DNA of 64,000 nt. It comes from Alcaligenaceae bacterium. Its GTDB lineage: Bacteria > Pseudomonadota > Gammaproteobacteria > Burkholderiales > Burkholderiaceae_B. The position numbers and the translations under genes are program-made. Below, in pieces: positions 13,941 to 22,606 of the stretch. Numbering within the stretch: the stretch's first letter is position 1; the number at the start of each line of letters is the position of its first letter. The DNA lies in contig JBIQHJ010000003.1 of assembly GCA_044508625.1 (NCBI GenBank), forward strand, positions 2,104 through 66,103, in the 5' to 3' direction. Below the pieces are notes generated by a model that saw only the letters and a list, made by a program, of their open reading frames with translations, was not told where the DNA came from and did no database searches.

Positions 13941-14996
13941 CTACCTCATCTGCCGGCGCAGCACCACCGCCAGGAAGAACGGCACGCCCACCAGCGAGGT
14001 CACGATGCCCACGGGGATGATGATGCCGGGCACGATGTTCTTGGAGGCGATCGAGGCCAGCGACAGGATGGTGCCGCCCACCAGGGCGCTGCCCGGCAGG
14101 TAGAAGCGGTGGTCCTCCCCGAACAGGCGGCGCGCGATGTGCGGCGCGATCAGGCCGATGAAGCCGATCGTGCCCACGAACGACACCGCCAGCGCGGCCA
14201 GCAGGCTGATGCGCACCAGCGCCGTCAGGCGCAGCCGCGGCACGTCGATGCCGAAGCTCGCCGCGCGGTCCTCGCCCAGCCGCAGCGCCGTGAGCTTCCA
14301 GGTGTCGCGCAGCGACAGCGGCAGCAGGAGGGCGAAGGCGAGCAGCATGATGCCCACCTTGGGCCAGGACGAGCGCGCCAGGCTGCCCATGGTCCAGAAC
14401 ACCAGGCCCTGCAGCGCCTCGGCGCTGGCGACGAACTGGACCAGCGACACGGCGGCGTTGAACGAGAACACCAGGGCGATGCCGAACAGCACCAGCCCCG
14501 CCGTGCTCATCGAGCCCCAGCGCGCGACCGCGTCCAGCAGCAGCGCGGACACCAGGGCAAAGACGAAGGCGTTCCCCGCGATCGCCCACGATTGCGGCAC
14601 GCCCGGCAACGACAGCCCCAGGACGATGGCCAGCGAGGCGCCGAAGGCGGCCGCCGACGAGATCCCCAGTGTGAAGGGGCTGGCCAGCGGATTGTTCAGG
14701 ATGGTCTGCATCTCGGCGCCCGCCAGGCCCAGGGCCAGCCCGATGGCGACGGCCATGAGCGCGTACGGCAGGCGGATGTCCCAGACGATCACCCGCGTGG
14801 TCGGATCGGCCTGCTCCGGGTGGAACAGCGCGTGGCTGAGGTCGGCCCACCCCAGGCCCGAGGGGCCGAGCATGAAATCCGCCAGGATCGACACCAGGAT
14901 CACGGCGGCCAGCGCCCCGACCAGCAGCCAGCGGCGGCGCAGCATGTGCCGGTAGTGGAGCAGGGCTGGAGCGGCGGGCGTCAGGGTGGAGTCCAT
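13941..14996 (-). CDS. Iron-siderophore ABC permease (FecCD family)
   Basis: IRLPYA, QTILNNPLASPFTLGISS, LGEDRAASFG and GTIGFIGLIAPH motifs. Confidence 0.9.
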   Translation of the reverse strand: MDSTLTPAAPALLHYRHMLRRRWLLVGALAAVILVSILADFMLGPSGLGWADLSHALFHPEQADPTTRVIVWDIRLPYALMAVAIGLALGLAGAEMQTILNNPLASPFTLGISSAAAFGASLAIVLGLSLPGVPQSWAIAGNAFVFALVSALLLDAVARWGSMSTAGLVLFGIALVFSFNAAVSLVQFVASAEALQGLVFWTMGSLARSSWPKVGIMLLAFALLLPLSLRDTWKLTALRLGEDRAASFGIDVPRLRLTALVRISLLAALAVSFVGTIGFIGLIAPHIARRLFGEDHRFYLPGSALVGGTILSLASIASKNIVPGIIIPVGIVTSLVGVPFFLAVVLRRQMR

Positions 14997-15044
14997 GCCA
15001 AAGGGGCGGCGGGCCGCGCACGCGCAGGCATGCCCGAAACCCGA

Positions 15045-15063
15045 AAGAATGAGAACCGTTTAC
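15045..15063. promoter_or_regulatory. Possible Fur box between the divergent permease and esterase genes
   Basis: AAGAATGAGAACCGTTTAC matches 12/19 of the consensus and sits in an AT-rich patch of a 90-bp divergent gap. Confidence 0.4.
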
Positions 15064-15085
15064 AGCAGGGGAAGTATAGTGGATC

Positions 15086-15964
15086 ATGGCTTCTTCGTCC
15101 CGCGCCCCGTCCATGCTTGCTTCGTCTTCCGCCTTCGTCCTGCCCCTGGCCGATGGCCGCGCCTGCGCCGTGCGGATCGCCGTGTCGTCCGGGCCGGCGC
15201 CCGAAGCGGGCTGGCCGCTTGCCTGCGTGCTGGATGCGCACCAGTTCGACGCCATGCGCGACGATCCCGCCGGCCTGCCGGGCCTGCTCGTGGGCGTCGC
15301 GCCCGGCGAGCCCGCGGACCGGGCCTGGGATTACACCCCGCGGCTGCGCGGGCGTCCGGCGCCTCCGCCCGGAATCACGGGCCGCGCGCCCGCCAGGCTT
15401 GACGGCGCGGCGGGCTTCCCCTCCCCACCCCGGATCGCGGGCCACGCCGCCGCCTGGCTGCGCGCCCTCGATCGCGTGTTGGACCGCGTGGCGGCCGAAT
15501 ATCGCCTGGATGGCCGGCGCCGGGTCTTTTGCGGCCATTCCCTGGGCGCCCTGTTCGGCCTCTACGCCATGACGCACCGGCCCGATGCCTTCGACGGCTA
15601 CGTGCTGTCCAGTCCCTCGGTCTGGTGGGGAAACCGCCATGCGGTCCGCCTGCTGCGCCGGCGGCGGGACTGGCTGTGCGCCCGCGGCCTGCCCGCGCTG
15701 GGCGTCTTTCTCACGGTGGGCGAGCACGAGCAGGGGCTGGGCCCGGACGATGCGGACGCCGACCCGGACGAGCAGGCCCGGCGCCTGGCCCTGCGTCGCG
15801 CGCGCGGCATGGTGGACGGCATGCACGAGCTGGCGGCGGAATTCGCGCGCTGTCCCGGCCTGCGCCTGCGCAGCGCCGTCCTGCCGGGGCGCAGCCACCG
15901 GACGGCATCGCGCGACGCCCTCATGCCGGGATGGCGCTGGCTGCTGGAGGGCGCGCGCGGCTGA
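15086..15964 (+). CDS. Second IroE/BesA-like esterase
   Basis: DRAWDYTP, GHSLGA nucleophile motif, SSPSVWW and LTVGEHE. No obvious signal peptide. Confidence 0.82.
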   Translation: MASSSRAPSMLASSSAFVLPLADGRACAVRIAVSSGPAPEAGWPLACVLDAHQFDAMRDDPAGLPGLLVGVAPGEPADRAWDYTPRLRGRPAPPPGITGRAPARLDGAAGFPSPPRIAGHAAAWLRALDRVLDRVAAEYRLDGRRRVFCGHSLGALFGLYAMTHRPDAFDGYVLSSPSVWWGNRHAVRLLRRRRDWLCARGLPALGVFLTVGEHEQGLGPDDADADPDEQARRLALRRARGMVDGMHELAAEFARCPGLRLRSAVLPGRSHRTASRDALMPGWRWLLEGARG

Positions 15965-16068
15965 TGCCGCCGGACGTTCAGGCCGAGGTGCGTCGGGCCA
16001 GAGCATCGAGTCAGAGCATCGGGCCAGGCGCCAAGCCAGGATGCGGCGCTCGCGATCGCAGGCAATGA

Positions 16069-16110
16069 TGCTATAGTCAGCATAACAAGCACTCATTCTC
16101 ATTTGCATTC
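16069..16110 (+). promoter_or_regulatory. Extended -10 promoter and Fur-like box upstream of the ECF sigma gene
   Basis: TG-C-TATAGT at 16069-16077, followed by ACTCATTCTCATTTGCATTC (reverse complement contains AAATGAGAATGAG). Confidence 0.55.
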
Positions 16111-16157
16111 ATCTCGAGCCGGCGGCCTCCCGCGGGGCGGCCGGACGTCGGCATTTC

Positions 16158-16736
16158 ATGGAACCCACGGAACCCGCGACGGCTGGCCTGGTCGCCAGCC
16201 TCACCCATCACTACGACGACCTGGTCGGCTATGTCGGCCGCCAATTCGGTGATTCGGATTTCGCGCGCGACGTGGTGCATGAGGTGTGCGCCGACCTGCT
16301 GGCGAGGCCCGAGCCCGCCGGGGTCCGCCAGCCGCTGGCCTTTCTGCGCCGCATGCTGCGCAACCGGGCGATCGATCGCCGGCGGGGCGATGCCGTGCGG
16401 ACCCGTCTGGCCGATACGCTGGCCCGCCATGCGCCGGCGGCCTGGCACGAGGATGCCGCCACCCGGCTGTCGGGGCTGCAATCGGTGGAGGACCTGGCCG
16501 GCGTGATCCTGGCGCTGCCCGACCGGGCGCGGCAGGTCTTCATCCTGCATCGTCTGTACGACATGCCGCAGGCCGTCATCGCCCGGGAACTGGATCTTTC
16601 CACGAACGCCGTCGCCAAGCACTACGCCCAGGCCATGCGGCGGATATGCGAGCAGTGGGCGCCCGCCCGCGCGCTGGCGCAAGCGCGCCGCCCGGCCCGT
16701 CCCCGTGCGTCCTCGATCGGCGCCTGGGAGGCTTGA
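16158..16736 (+). CDS. ECF sigma factor, FecI-like
   Basis: HYDDLVGYV..ARDVVHEV (region 2), LPDRARQVFILHRL and IARELDLS (region 4). Coupled to the FecR-like gene by TGATG. Confidence 0.88.
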   Translation: MEPTEPATAGLVASLTHHYDDLVGYVGRQFGDSDFARDVVHEVCADLLARPEPAGVRQPLAFLRRMLRNRAIDRRRGDAVRTRLADTLARHAPAAWHEDAATRLSGLQSVEDLAGVILALPDRARQVFILHRLYDMPQAVIARELDLSTNAVAKHYAQAMRRICEQWAPARALAQARRPARPRASSIGAWEA

Positions 16737-17623
16737 TGGCCGAGAAACACTCCTCCGATGCCGCGCGCCCGCTCCGCCCGGAGCACCCGGAGCCTCCGCA
16801 GCGCGCATCCGCGGACACGTCCATGCCGTTCGAGGACGCCCTGCGCGCCCGCCTGCCCTCGCGTGAGGACGTTCTGCGCGAGGCGCGGGCGCAATCGGCC
16901 CAGCGGCGGCTGCGCCGGCGCCAGGCTGGCGCCGCGGCCTGCATCGCCCTGTCGTGCGCCGGCCTCTGGGCCTGGAATCCGGTGCTGCGGGAGCGCACCG
17001 TCGTCGTGGCCGCCGGCGAGCCTCGCGCCTGGACCGCCCGGGACGGCACGGTGATCGCCCTCGACAGCCGTTCGTCGCTGACGCTGGCGCTGCGGCTGCG
17101 CTCCCGCGACCTGCGCCTGGAGAGCGGGCAGGCCGTATTCACGGTGGCCCCGGACTGGCGACCCTTGCACGTGCACGTGGGGGACGCCGTCATCCGCGAC
17201 ATCGGGACGATATTCCGCGTGCGCCGGGACGCCGGCGGCTCGCAGGTGGCCGTCCTCGAGGGAAAGGTCGAGATATCCGGCCCGGCGGGGCAGGCGATGC
17301 TGGATGCCGGCCAGGCGATGGAGGTCGACACCCTGCGGCCCGTGCCGGCCACCGTGGCGAGCCTGGTGCGCGAGACCGCGTGGCGCGAAGGCCGGCTGCG
17401 TTTCGATGGCACGCCGCTGTCCGAGGTGCTGGCGCTGCTCAGCCATTACCGCCGGATGCCCGTGTCCTGGAGCGGCGATCCGCCGCCCGATGCCTCGGCC
17501 CTGCGCCTGTCCGGGGAATATCGCATCCGCGACATCGAATCGCTGATCGACAGCCTGCCGGCCATCCTGCCGCTGCGGGTCGAGCGCCTGCCCGATGGCC
17601 GGGTGCTGCTCTCCGCCCGCTGA
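16736..17623 (+). CDS. FecR-family anti-sigma / transmembrane sensor
   Basis: One TM segment, DGTVIALDSRS, GQAVFTVAPD, DIGTIF, AWREGRLRFDGTPL and LRLSG motifs. Confidence 0.88.
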   Translation: MAEKHSSDAARPLRPEHPEPPQRASADTSMPFEDALRARLPSREDVLREARAQSAQRRLRRRQAGAAACIALSCAGLWAWNPVLRERTVVVAAGEPRAWTARDGTVIALDSRSSLTLALRLRSRDLRLESGQAVFTVAPDWRPLHVHVGDAVIRDIGTIFRVRRDAGGSQVAVLEGKVEISGPAGQAMLDAGQAMEVDTLRPVPATVASLVRETAWREGRLRFDGTPLSEVLALLSHYRRMPVSWSGDPPPDASALRLSGEYRIRDIESLIDSLPAILPLRVERLPDGRVLLSAR

Positions 17624-17691
17624 AATAGTAAAAGTATGTGACAACCCTTCCATGTGAGGGTGCCGAGAAACGTCTTGCCTCCTAGTTGATC

Positions 17692-17710
17692 AATTCTCAA
17701 TCTCATTATT
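17692..17710. promoter_or_regulatory. Possible Fur box before the TonB receptor
   Basis: Reverse complement AATAATGAGATTGAGAATT matches 12/19 of the consensus; it lies just before the AGGGAG RBS. Confidence 0.5.
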
Positions 17711-17729
17711 GAAAAACAGGGAGCAGACG

Positions 17730-20171
17730 ATGGCGATTTCCGGAAGACCTCGGCGCCGGGCCGTGGCGGTGCTTTCCGCCGCATTGGTGGCCGGCGGCCT
17801 GGCATGCGCGGCGGGGGCCTGGGCCCAGGCCGCCGTGACGGGGCTGGACCTTCCGGCGCAGCCGCTGGACCGGTCCCTCAATGCCCTGGCGGCGCGCACC
17901 GGCCTGCAACTGGTCTTTCCGACCGCGCTGGCCGAGGCGCGCCAGGCGCCGGCCCTGCATGGAGACTATTCCGCTCCCGAGGCCCTGGACCGGCTGCTCC
18001 AAGGCAGCGGCCTGGAGGCCCGCATGACCGGGCCCAACCGCTACACCATCGTGCGCCAGGGCGATGGCGCCGCGGGCGACGCCCAGGTGCTGCAGCCGGT
18101 CCTCGTCCGCGGGGCGCTGGATCCCACCACGGAAGGCAGCGGATCCTATGCCGCGCGTGCCAGCAACACCTCCACGCGCCTGAACCTGTCCATACGCGAG
18201 ACGCCGCAATCCGTCAGCGTCATCACGCGCCAGCGCATGGACGACCAGGGCCTGACCCAGTTGGCGGACGTGGTGGACAACACGCCGGGCCTGGTGATGC
18301 CCGCCTCCGGCAATCGGGGTTCGGACTCGAGTCCGGTCTATGCCCGCGGCTTCCGGGTGGAAAACTACCAGATCGACGGGGTCAACCTGGTCAACAGCGG
18401 CTACAACGGCATCTTCCAGACCGCCGACATGGCGGCCTACGACCGGGTCGAGGTGATCCGCGGCGCCAACGGCCTGATGAGCGGCGTGGGTGCGCCCGGT
18501 GCCACGATCAACCTGATCCGCAAGCGCCCGACACGCGAGTTCCAGGGGCGCGCCAGTGTCGATACCGGGTCCTGGGACCTGTACCGGACCGAGGCGGACC
18601 TGTCCGCGCCGCTGAACGAGGCGGGCACCGTCCGCGGCCGGCTGGTCGCCGCCTGGCAGAAGAACGGCTCGTATCTGGAGCGCCTGGAGGAACGCGGCAA
18701 GACCCTGTACGGCATCCTCGAGGCCGACCTCGGCCCCGGCACCCTGGCCACCCTGGGCTTTCTTTACCAGAACCAGGACGCCACCGGCCACGCGCGCGGC
18801 GGCCTGCCCCTGTTCTACACCGACGGCGGGCTCACGGACTGGGACCGTTCCAAGTCGTCCGCCGCCGAGTGGGCCTATTCCCGGCGCCACAACCAGAGCT
18901 GGTTCGCCTCGCTGGAGCATCGCTTCGACAGCGGCTGGAGGATCAAGGGCTCGCTGGATCACAGCTCTTATCACTATGACGAGGTGCTGGGCTATGCCGT
19001 GGGCGGCAGCGTCGACCGCGCCACCGGCTCGGGGGCCGTCATGTACGCGGGCCGCTGGGCCGGCAAGCCGGTGCAGAATTCCCTGGACGTGTACGCGACG
19101 GGGCCGTTCACCCTGGGGGGCCGGGAACACGAGCTGGTGGTCGGTACCACGGTGTCCCGCACCCGCAACGAGACCGCGCCCTACCAGTCGCCGGACGGCA
19201 CCGGCTGGTTCGCGCCGGTGCTCGACAATATCTATACCTGGGACGGCCGGACGCCGGCCGAGCCGTTCAATCCCGAGGTCGGCGACATCGTCAACCGCGA
19301 GAACCTGACCAGCGCCTATGCCACTGCGCGCTTCAAGCCCGCCGACCGTTTGTCGCTGATCGTCGGCGCGCGCGTGACGAGCTGGGAAAACATCAAGGAC
19401 ACCCACTACGACGACGGCCGCGAGACGCACCTGGACCGCCACGAGTCCGACAAGCTCACCCCCTATGTCGGCCTCGTCTACGACCTGAACGACGAGTGGT
19501 CCGCCTATGCCAGCTACACGGACATCTTCAAGCCGCAGAACAACCAGGATGCCAGCGGCAACTACCTGGATCCCCTGCTGGGCCGCAGCTACGAGGTCGG
19601 CGCCAAGGGCGAGCTGCTGAACGGCGCCCTGAACGTGGCGGCGGCCCTGTTTCGCGCCCAGCAGGACAATTTGGCCGTGGCCCTGCCGGGCGTGACGACG
19701 CCCAACGGCAGCCAGGCCTATGAGGCCGTCTCCGGCACCACGACCCGGGGCTTCGACCTGGAGGTGTCCGGCGAAGTGCTGCCGGACTGGCAGGTCGCGG
19801 CGGGCTTCACCCGCGCCCTGTCCCAGGACCGGGACGGCGCCACGCTGAACACGAATGTGCCGCAGAACACCTTCAAGCTGTTCACCAGCTACCGCTGGCC
19901 CGGCATCGGCCGGGGCCTCACGGTGGGCGGCGGCGTGCGCTGGCAGAGCCGCGCCTACACCGAACGCACGGACCCGCTGGGCGCCCAGCGCCTCGTCGAG
20001 CAGGGCGCCTACGCCGTGGTGGACCTGATGGCGCGCTACCAGCTCAGCGGCAACGTCTCGGCCCGCCTGAACGTCTACAACGCGTTCGACCAGTATTACC
20101 ACCCCGATCCGGGCTCGACCTACTACGGCGCGCCGCGCTCGTTCCGGCTCGGCCTGGACATGCATTTCTAA
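17730..20171 (+). CDS. TonB-dependent siderophore receptor with N-terminal signalling (STN) domain, FpvA/PupA/FhuE-like
   Basis: LPAQPLDRSL..GDYSAPEALDRLLQGSGL STN domain, RETPQSVSVITRQ, ERVEV-like DRVEVIRGANGL plug, and C-terminal F. Confidence 0.92.
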   Translation: MAISGRPRRRAVAVLSAALVAGGLACAAGAWAQAAVTGLDLPAQPLDRSLNALAARTGLQLVFPTALAEARQAPALHGDYSAPEALDRLLQGSGLEARMTGPNRYTIVRQGDGAAGDAQVLQPVLVRGALDPTTEGSGSYAARASNTSTRLNLSIRETPQSVSVITRQRMDDQGLTQLADVVDNTPGLVMPASGNRGSDSSPVYARGFRVENYQIDGVNLVNSGYNGIFQTADMAAYDRVEVIRGANGLMSGVGAPGATINLIRKRPTREFQGRASVDTGSWDLYRTEADLSAPLNEAGTVRGRLVAAWQKNGSYLERLEERGKTLYGILEADLGPGTLATLGFLYQNQDATGHARGGLPLFYTDGGLTDWDRSKSSAAEWAYSRRHNQSWFASLEHRFDSGWRIKGSLDHSSYHYDEVLGYAVGGSVDRATGSGAVMYAGRWAGKPVQNSLDVYATGPFTLGGREHELVVGTTVSRTRNETAPYQSPDGTGWFAPVLDNIYTWDGRTPAEPFNPEVGDIVNRENLTSAYATARFKPADRLSLIVGARVTSWENIKDTHYDDGRETHLDRHESDKLTPYVGLVYDLNDEWSAYASYTDIFKPQNNQDASGNYLDPLLGRSYEVGAKGELLNGALNVAAALFRAQQDNLAVALPGVTTPNGSQAYEAVSGTTTRGFDLEVSGEVLPDWQVAAGFTRALSQDRDGATLNTNVPQNTFKLFTSYRWPGIGRGLTVGGGVRWQSRAYTERTDPLGAQRLVEQGAYAVVDLMARYQLSGNVSARLNVYNAFDQYYHPDPGSTYYGAPRSFRLGLDMHF

Positions 20172-20213
20172 GGCTACGGGCCATCAATCCGCATCACGAA
20201 AGGAATTCGCATC

Positions 20214-21374
20214 ATGCAGATCCCATCCCTCCGATTCCCTCGCCCCTCGGCCGGGCGCGCCCCGGCCCGGCTGGGCATGCTCGTCCTGTGCGCCGCGCTG
20301 GCCGCGTGTGCCGCCCCGGGCGGACAGCCGGGCAAGGCCGGTCCCGCCGCCGAGGCCGCCGCACAGGCCCCGGCCCGGCAGGCCGTGCTGCGCCGCGACC
20401 TCGCACCCGGTCTCTATGAGCTGGTGGTGGCCGATGGCGACGTGTTCGTGGCCTCGGCGGGCGCGAGCTTCAAGGCCGACGAGGGCGGGGCGATCTACCG
20501 GCTGGACCCGGACACCCTGGACACCAAGGCCGTCATCCGGACCGAGCGCAAGCCCTATGGGCTGGCCTATGATGCGCGCACGGATACGCTGTATGCCGGC
20601 AACACCCTGAACGGCATGGTGCAGGCCATCGACCTGAAGGCCGGACAGGCGGCCAGCTACCGGCTCGGCCAGGCCAAGGCCAAGGGCGGCTTCGAGCACG
20701 TGCGCCAGATCGTGCTGGACACGGCGGGCGCCCGCATGTTCGTCACCAATCCCGACAAGGCGGGCAAGGTCTGGATCGTGGACCTCGAGCGCGGCGCCAT
20801 CCTGCATACCGTGTCCGGCATCAGCAAATGGCCCACCGGCGCGGCCTACGACCCGGTCGCCAAGCGCCTGTACGTCGGCCAGGGCGGCGACTACGGGGTC
20901 ACCGTCATCGATCCGGACAGCGGCAGCATCCTGCGCCGCTACGCGCTGGACGGCGCCGAGCCGTTCCTGGTGAACGTCGCGCTCGACGACAAGGGGACGC
21001 GCCTGTTCGGCGCCGATGCCAACAGCGGCCGCCTGGTCGTCTTCGACACCGCGAGCGGCCGCATCCTGGCGACCGTGCCCGTGGGCGAAAGCGCGCTGGA
21101 CGTGCTCTACAACCCGGTCCGCGACGAGATCTACCTGAGCAACCGGGGCGCCTCGCGCGCGCACCCGATGGGCACGGGCGCGATCACGGTGATCGACGGC
21201 ACGACATACGCCGTGAAAGCGCGCCACGACCTGCCGGCCCACCCGAACAGCCTGGCCCTGTCGGCCGACGGGCAGGTCCTGTTCGCCACGATCAAGGGAC
21301 CGCACGACGACGAGCATCCCGCCTATCGGGCCGACGGCATGGAAAGCGTCGTGCGGATCGATCTGCGCGGATGA
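20214..21374 (+). CDS. Second YncE-family beta-propeller lipoprotein
   Basis: LAAC lipobox, GLYELVV, LYAGNTLNG, LYVG and PNSLALS propeller blades. Confidence 0.82.
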   Translation: MQIPSLRFPRPSAGRAPARLGMLVLCAALAACAAPGGQPGKAGPAAEAAAQAPARQAVLRRDLAPGLYELVVADGDVFVASAGASFKADEGGAIYRLDPDTLDTKAVIRTERKPYGLAYDARTDTLYAGNTLNGMVQAIDLKAGQAASYRLGQAKAKGGFEHVRQIVLDTAGARMFVTNPDKAGKVWIVDLERGAILHTVSGISKWPTGAAYDPVAKRLYVGQGGDYGVTVIDPDSGSILRRYALDGAEPFLVNVALDDKGTRLFGADANSGRLVVFDTASGRILATVPVGESALDVLYNPVRDEIYLSNRGASRAHPMGTGAITVIDGTTYAVKARHDLPAHPNSLALSADGQVLFATIKGPHDDEHPAYRADGMESVVRIDLRG

Positions 21375-22606
21375 GGGGCGGGCCGGTGGCGGCGGCGTCC
21401 GGCGAGGGCCGCCGCTGGCGCGTCCTCGCCGCCTGGATCCTGCTGATCATGGCGGCGGCCGCCACGGCCGTCTGGGCCCGGCGCCCGGCGGCGCCCGCGT
21501 ACGAGGTGGCGCGGGTCGAGCGCGGCGCGGTGCGCGCCACCGTCCATGCCCTGGGCACCCTGCAGCCTCGGCACTACGTGGACGTGGGCGCGCAGGTGTC
21601 CGGACAGATCCAGAAGATCCACGTCCAGCCGGGCGACACGGTCAGGCCGGGCCAGTTGCTGGTGGAGATCGATGCGTCCGTGCAGCAGGCCACCGTGGAT
21701 GCGGGGCGCGCCTCGCTGGACGCCTTGCGCGCCCAGCTCGACGGGGCCCGGGCCGCCGCCGTCCTGGCGCGGGCGGACTCCGGGCGCCACCAGCGCCTGC
21801 TGCGGACCGGCGCCACCCCCGCCCAGCAGGCGGATACCGCGAGAGCCGAGCTGCTGGCCGCCGAAGCGGCCGTACGGCGCATCGAAGCCGACATCCGCCG
21901 CACCCGGGCCTCTCTGCAGGGCGACGAGGCGCTGCTGGGCTACAGCCGGATCTATGCGCCCATCGCCGGCACCGTGGTCTCGCTGGAGGCGCGGCCCGGC
22001 CAGACCCTGAACGCGACCTACCAGACGCCCAATCTGCTGCGCATCGCGGACCTGTCGGCCATGACCGTGTGGACCCAGGTGTCGGAGGCCGACATCTCGC
22101 GCCTGCGCGTGGGCATGGAGGCCGTGTTCACCACGCTGGCCCAGGATGGCCGGCAGTGGCGCGGCACGGTGCGCCAGGTGCTGCCCATGCCGCAGCCCGA
22201 GCCGGCCGCATCCACGGGCGGCACCGCCACGCAACCCGCGGCCGGCGCCAAGGCCGTGTTCTACACCGTGCTGTTCGACGTGCCCAATCCGGATCGCGCC
22301 CTGCTGCCCAAGATGAGCGCACAGGTGGCTTTCGTCACGCGCCAGGTCGAGGATGCCGTGCTGGCGCCCCTGGCGGCGCTGCGCCCGGCCGGAGACGAGG
22401 CCGGCGCCGGCATGGACCGGGGCGCCGAGGCCGTCCGGACCTACCGGGTCCGTGTGCTGGAGGATGGCCGCGCGGTCGAGCGGATCATCCGGATCGGCGC
22501 GCGCGACCGCCACGCGGCCGAAGTCCTGGAGGGGCTGGATGAAGGCGAGCTCCTCATCCTGGCCGATCGCGAACGGGGCGGCGGCATGCCCCGGTTCGTG
22601 CTGTGA
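21371..22606 (+). CDS. macA: MacA/PvdR-like periplasmic adaptor
   Basis: VDVGAQVSGQI, LGYSRIYAPIAGTVV, GQTLNA, VSEADI and MSAQV. ATGA overlap with the yncE stop. Confidence 0.85.
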   Translation: MRGGPVAAASGEGRRWRVLAAWILLIMAAAATAVWARRPAAPAYEVARVERGAVRATVHALGTLQPRHYVDVGAQVSGQIQKIHVQPGDTVRPGQLLVEIDASVQQATVDAGRASLDALRAQLDGARAAAVLARADSGRHQRLLRTGATPAQQADTARAELLAAEAAVRRIEADIRRTRASLQGDEALLGYSRIYAPIAGTVVSLEARPGQTLNATYQTPNLLRIADLSAMTVWTQVSEADISRLRVGMEAVFTTLAQDGRQWRGTVRQVLPMPQPEPAASTGGTATQPAAGAKAVFYTVLFDVPNPDRALLPKMSAQVAFVTRQVEDAVLAPLAALRPAGDEAGAGMDRGAEAVRTYRVRVLEDGRAVERIIRIGARDRHAAEVLEGLDEGELLILADRERGGGMPRFVL

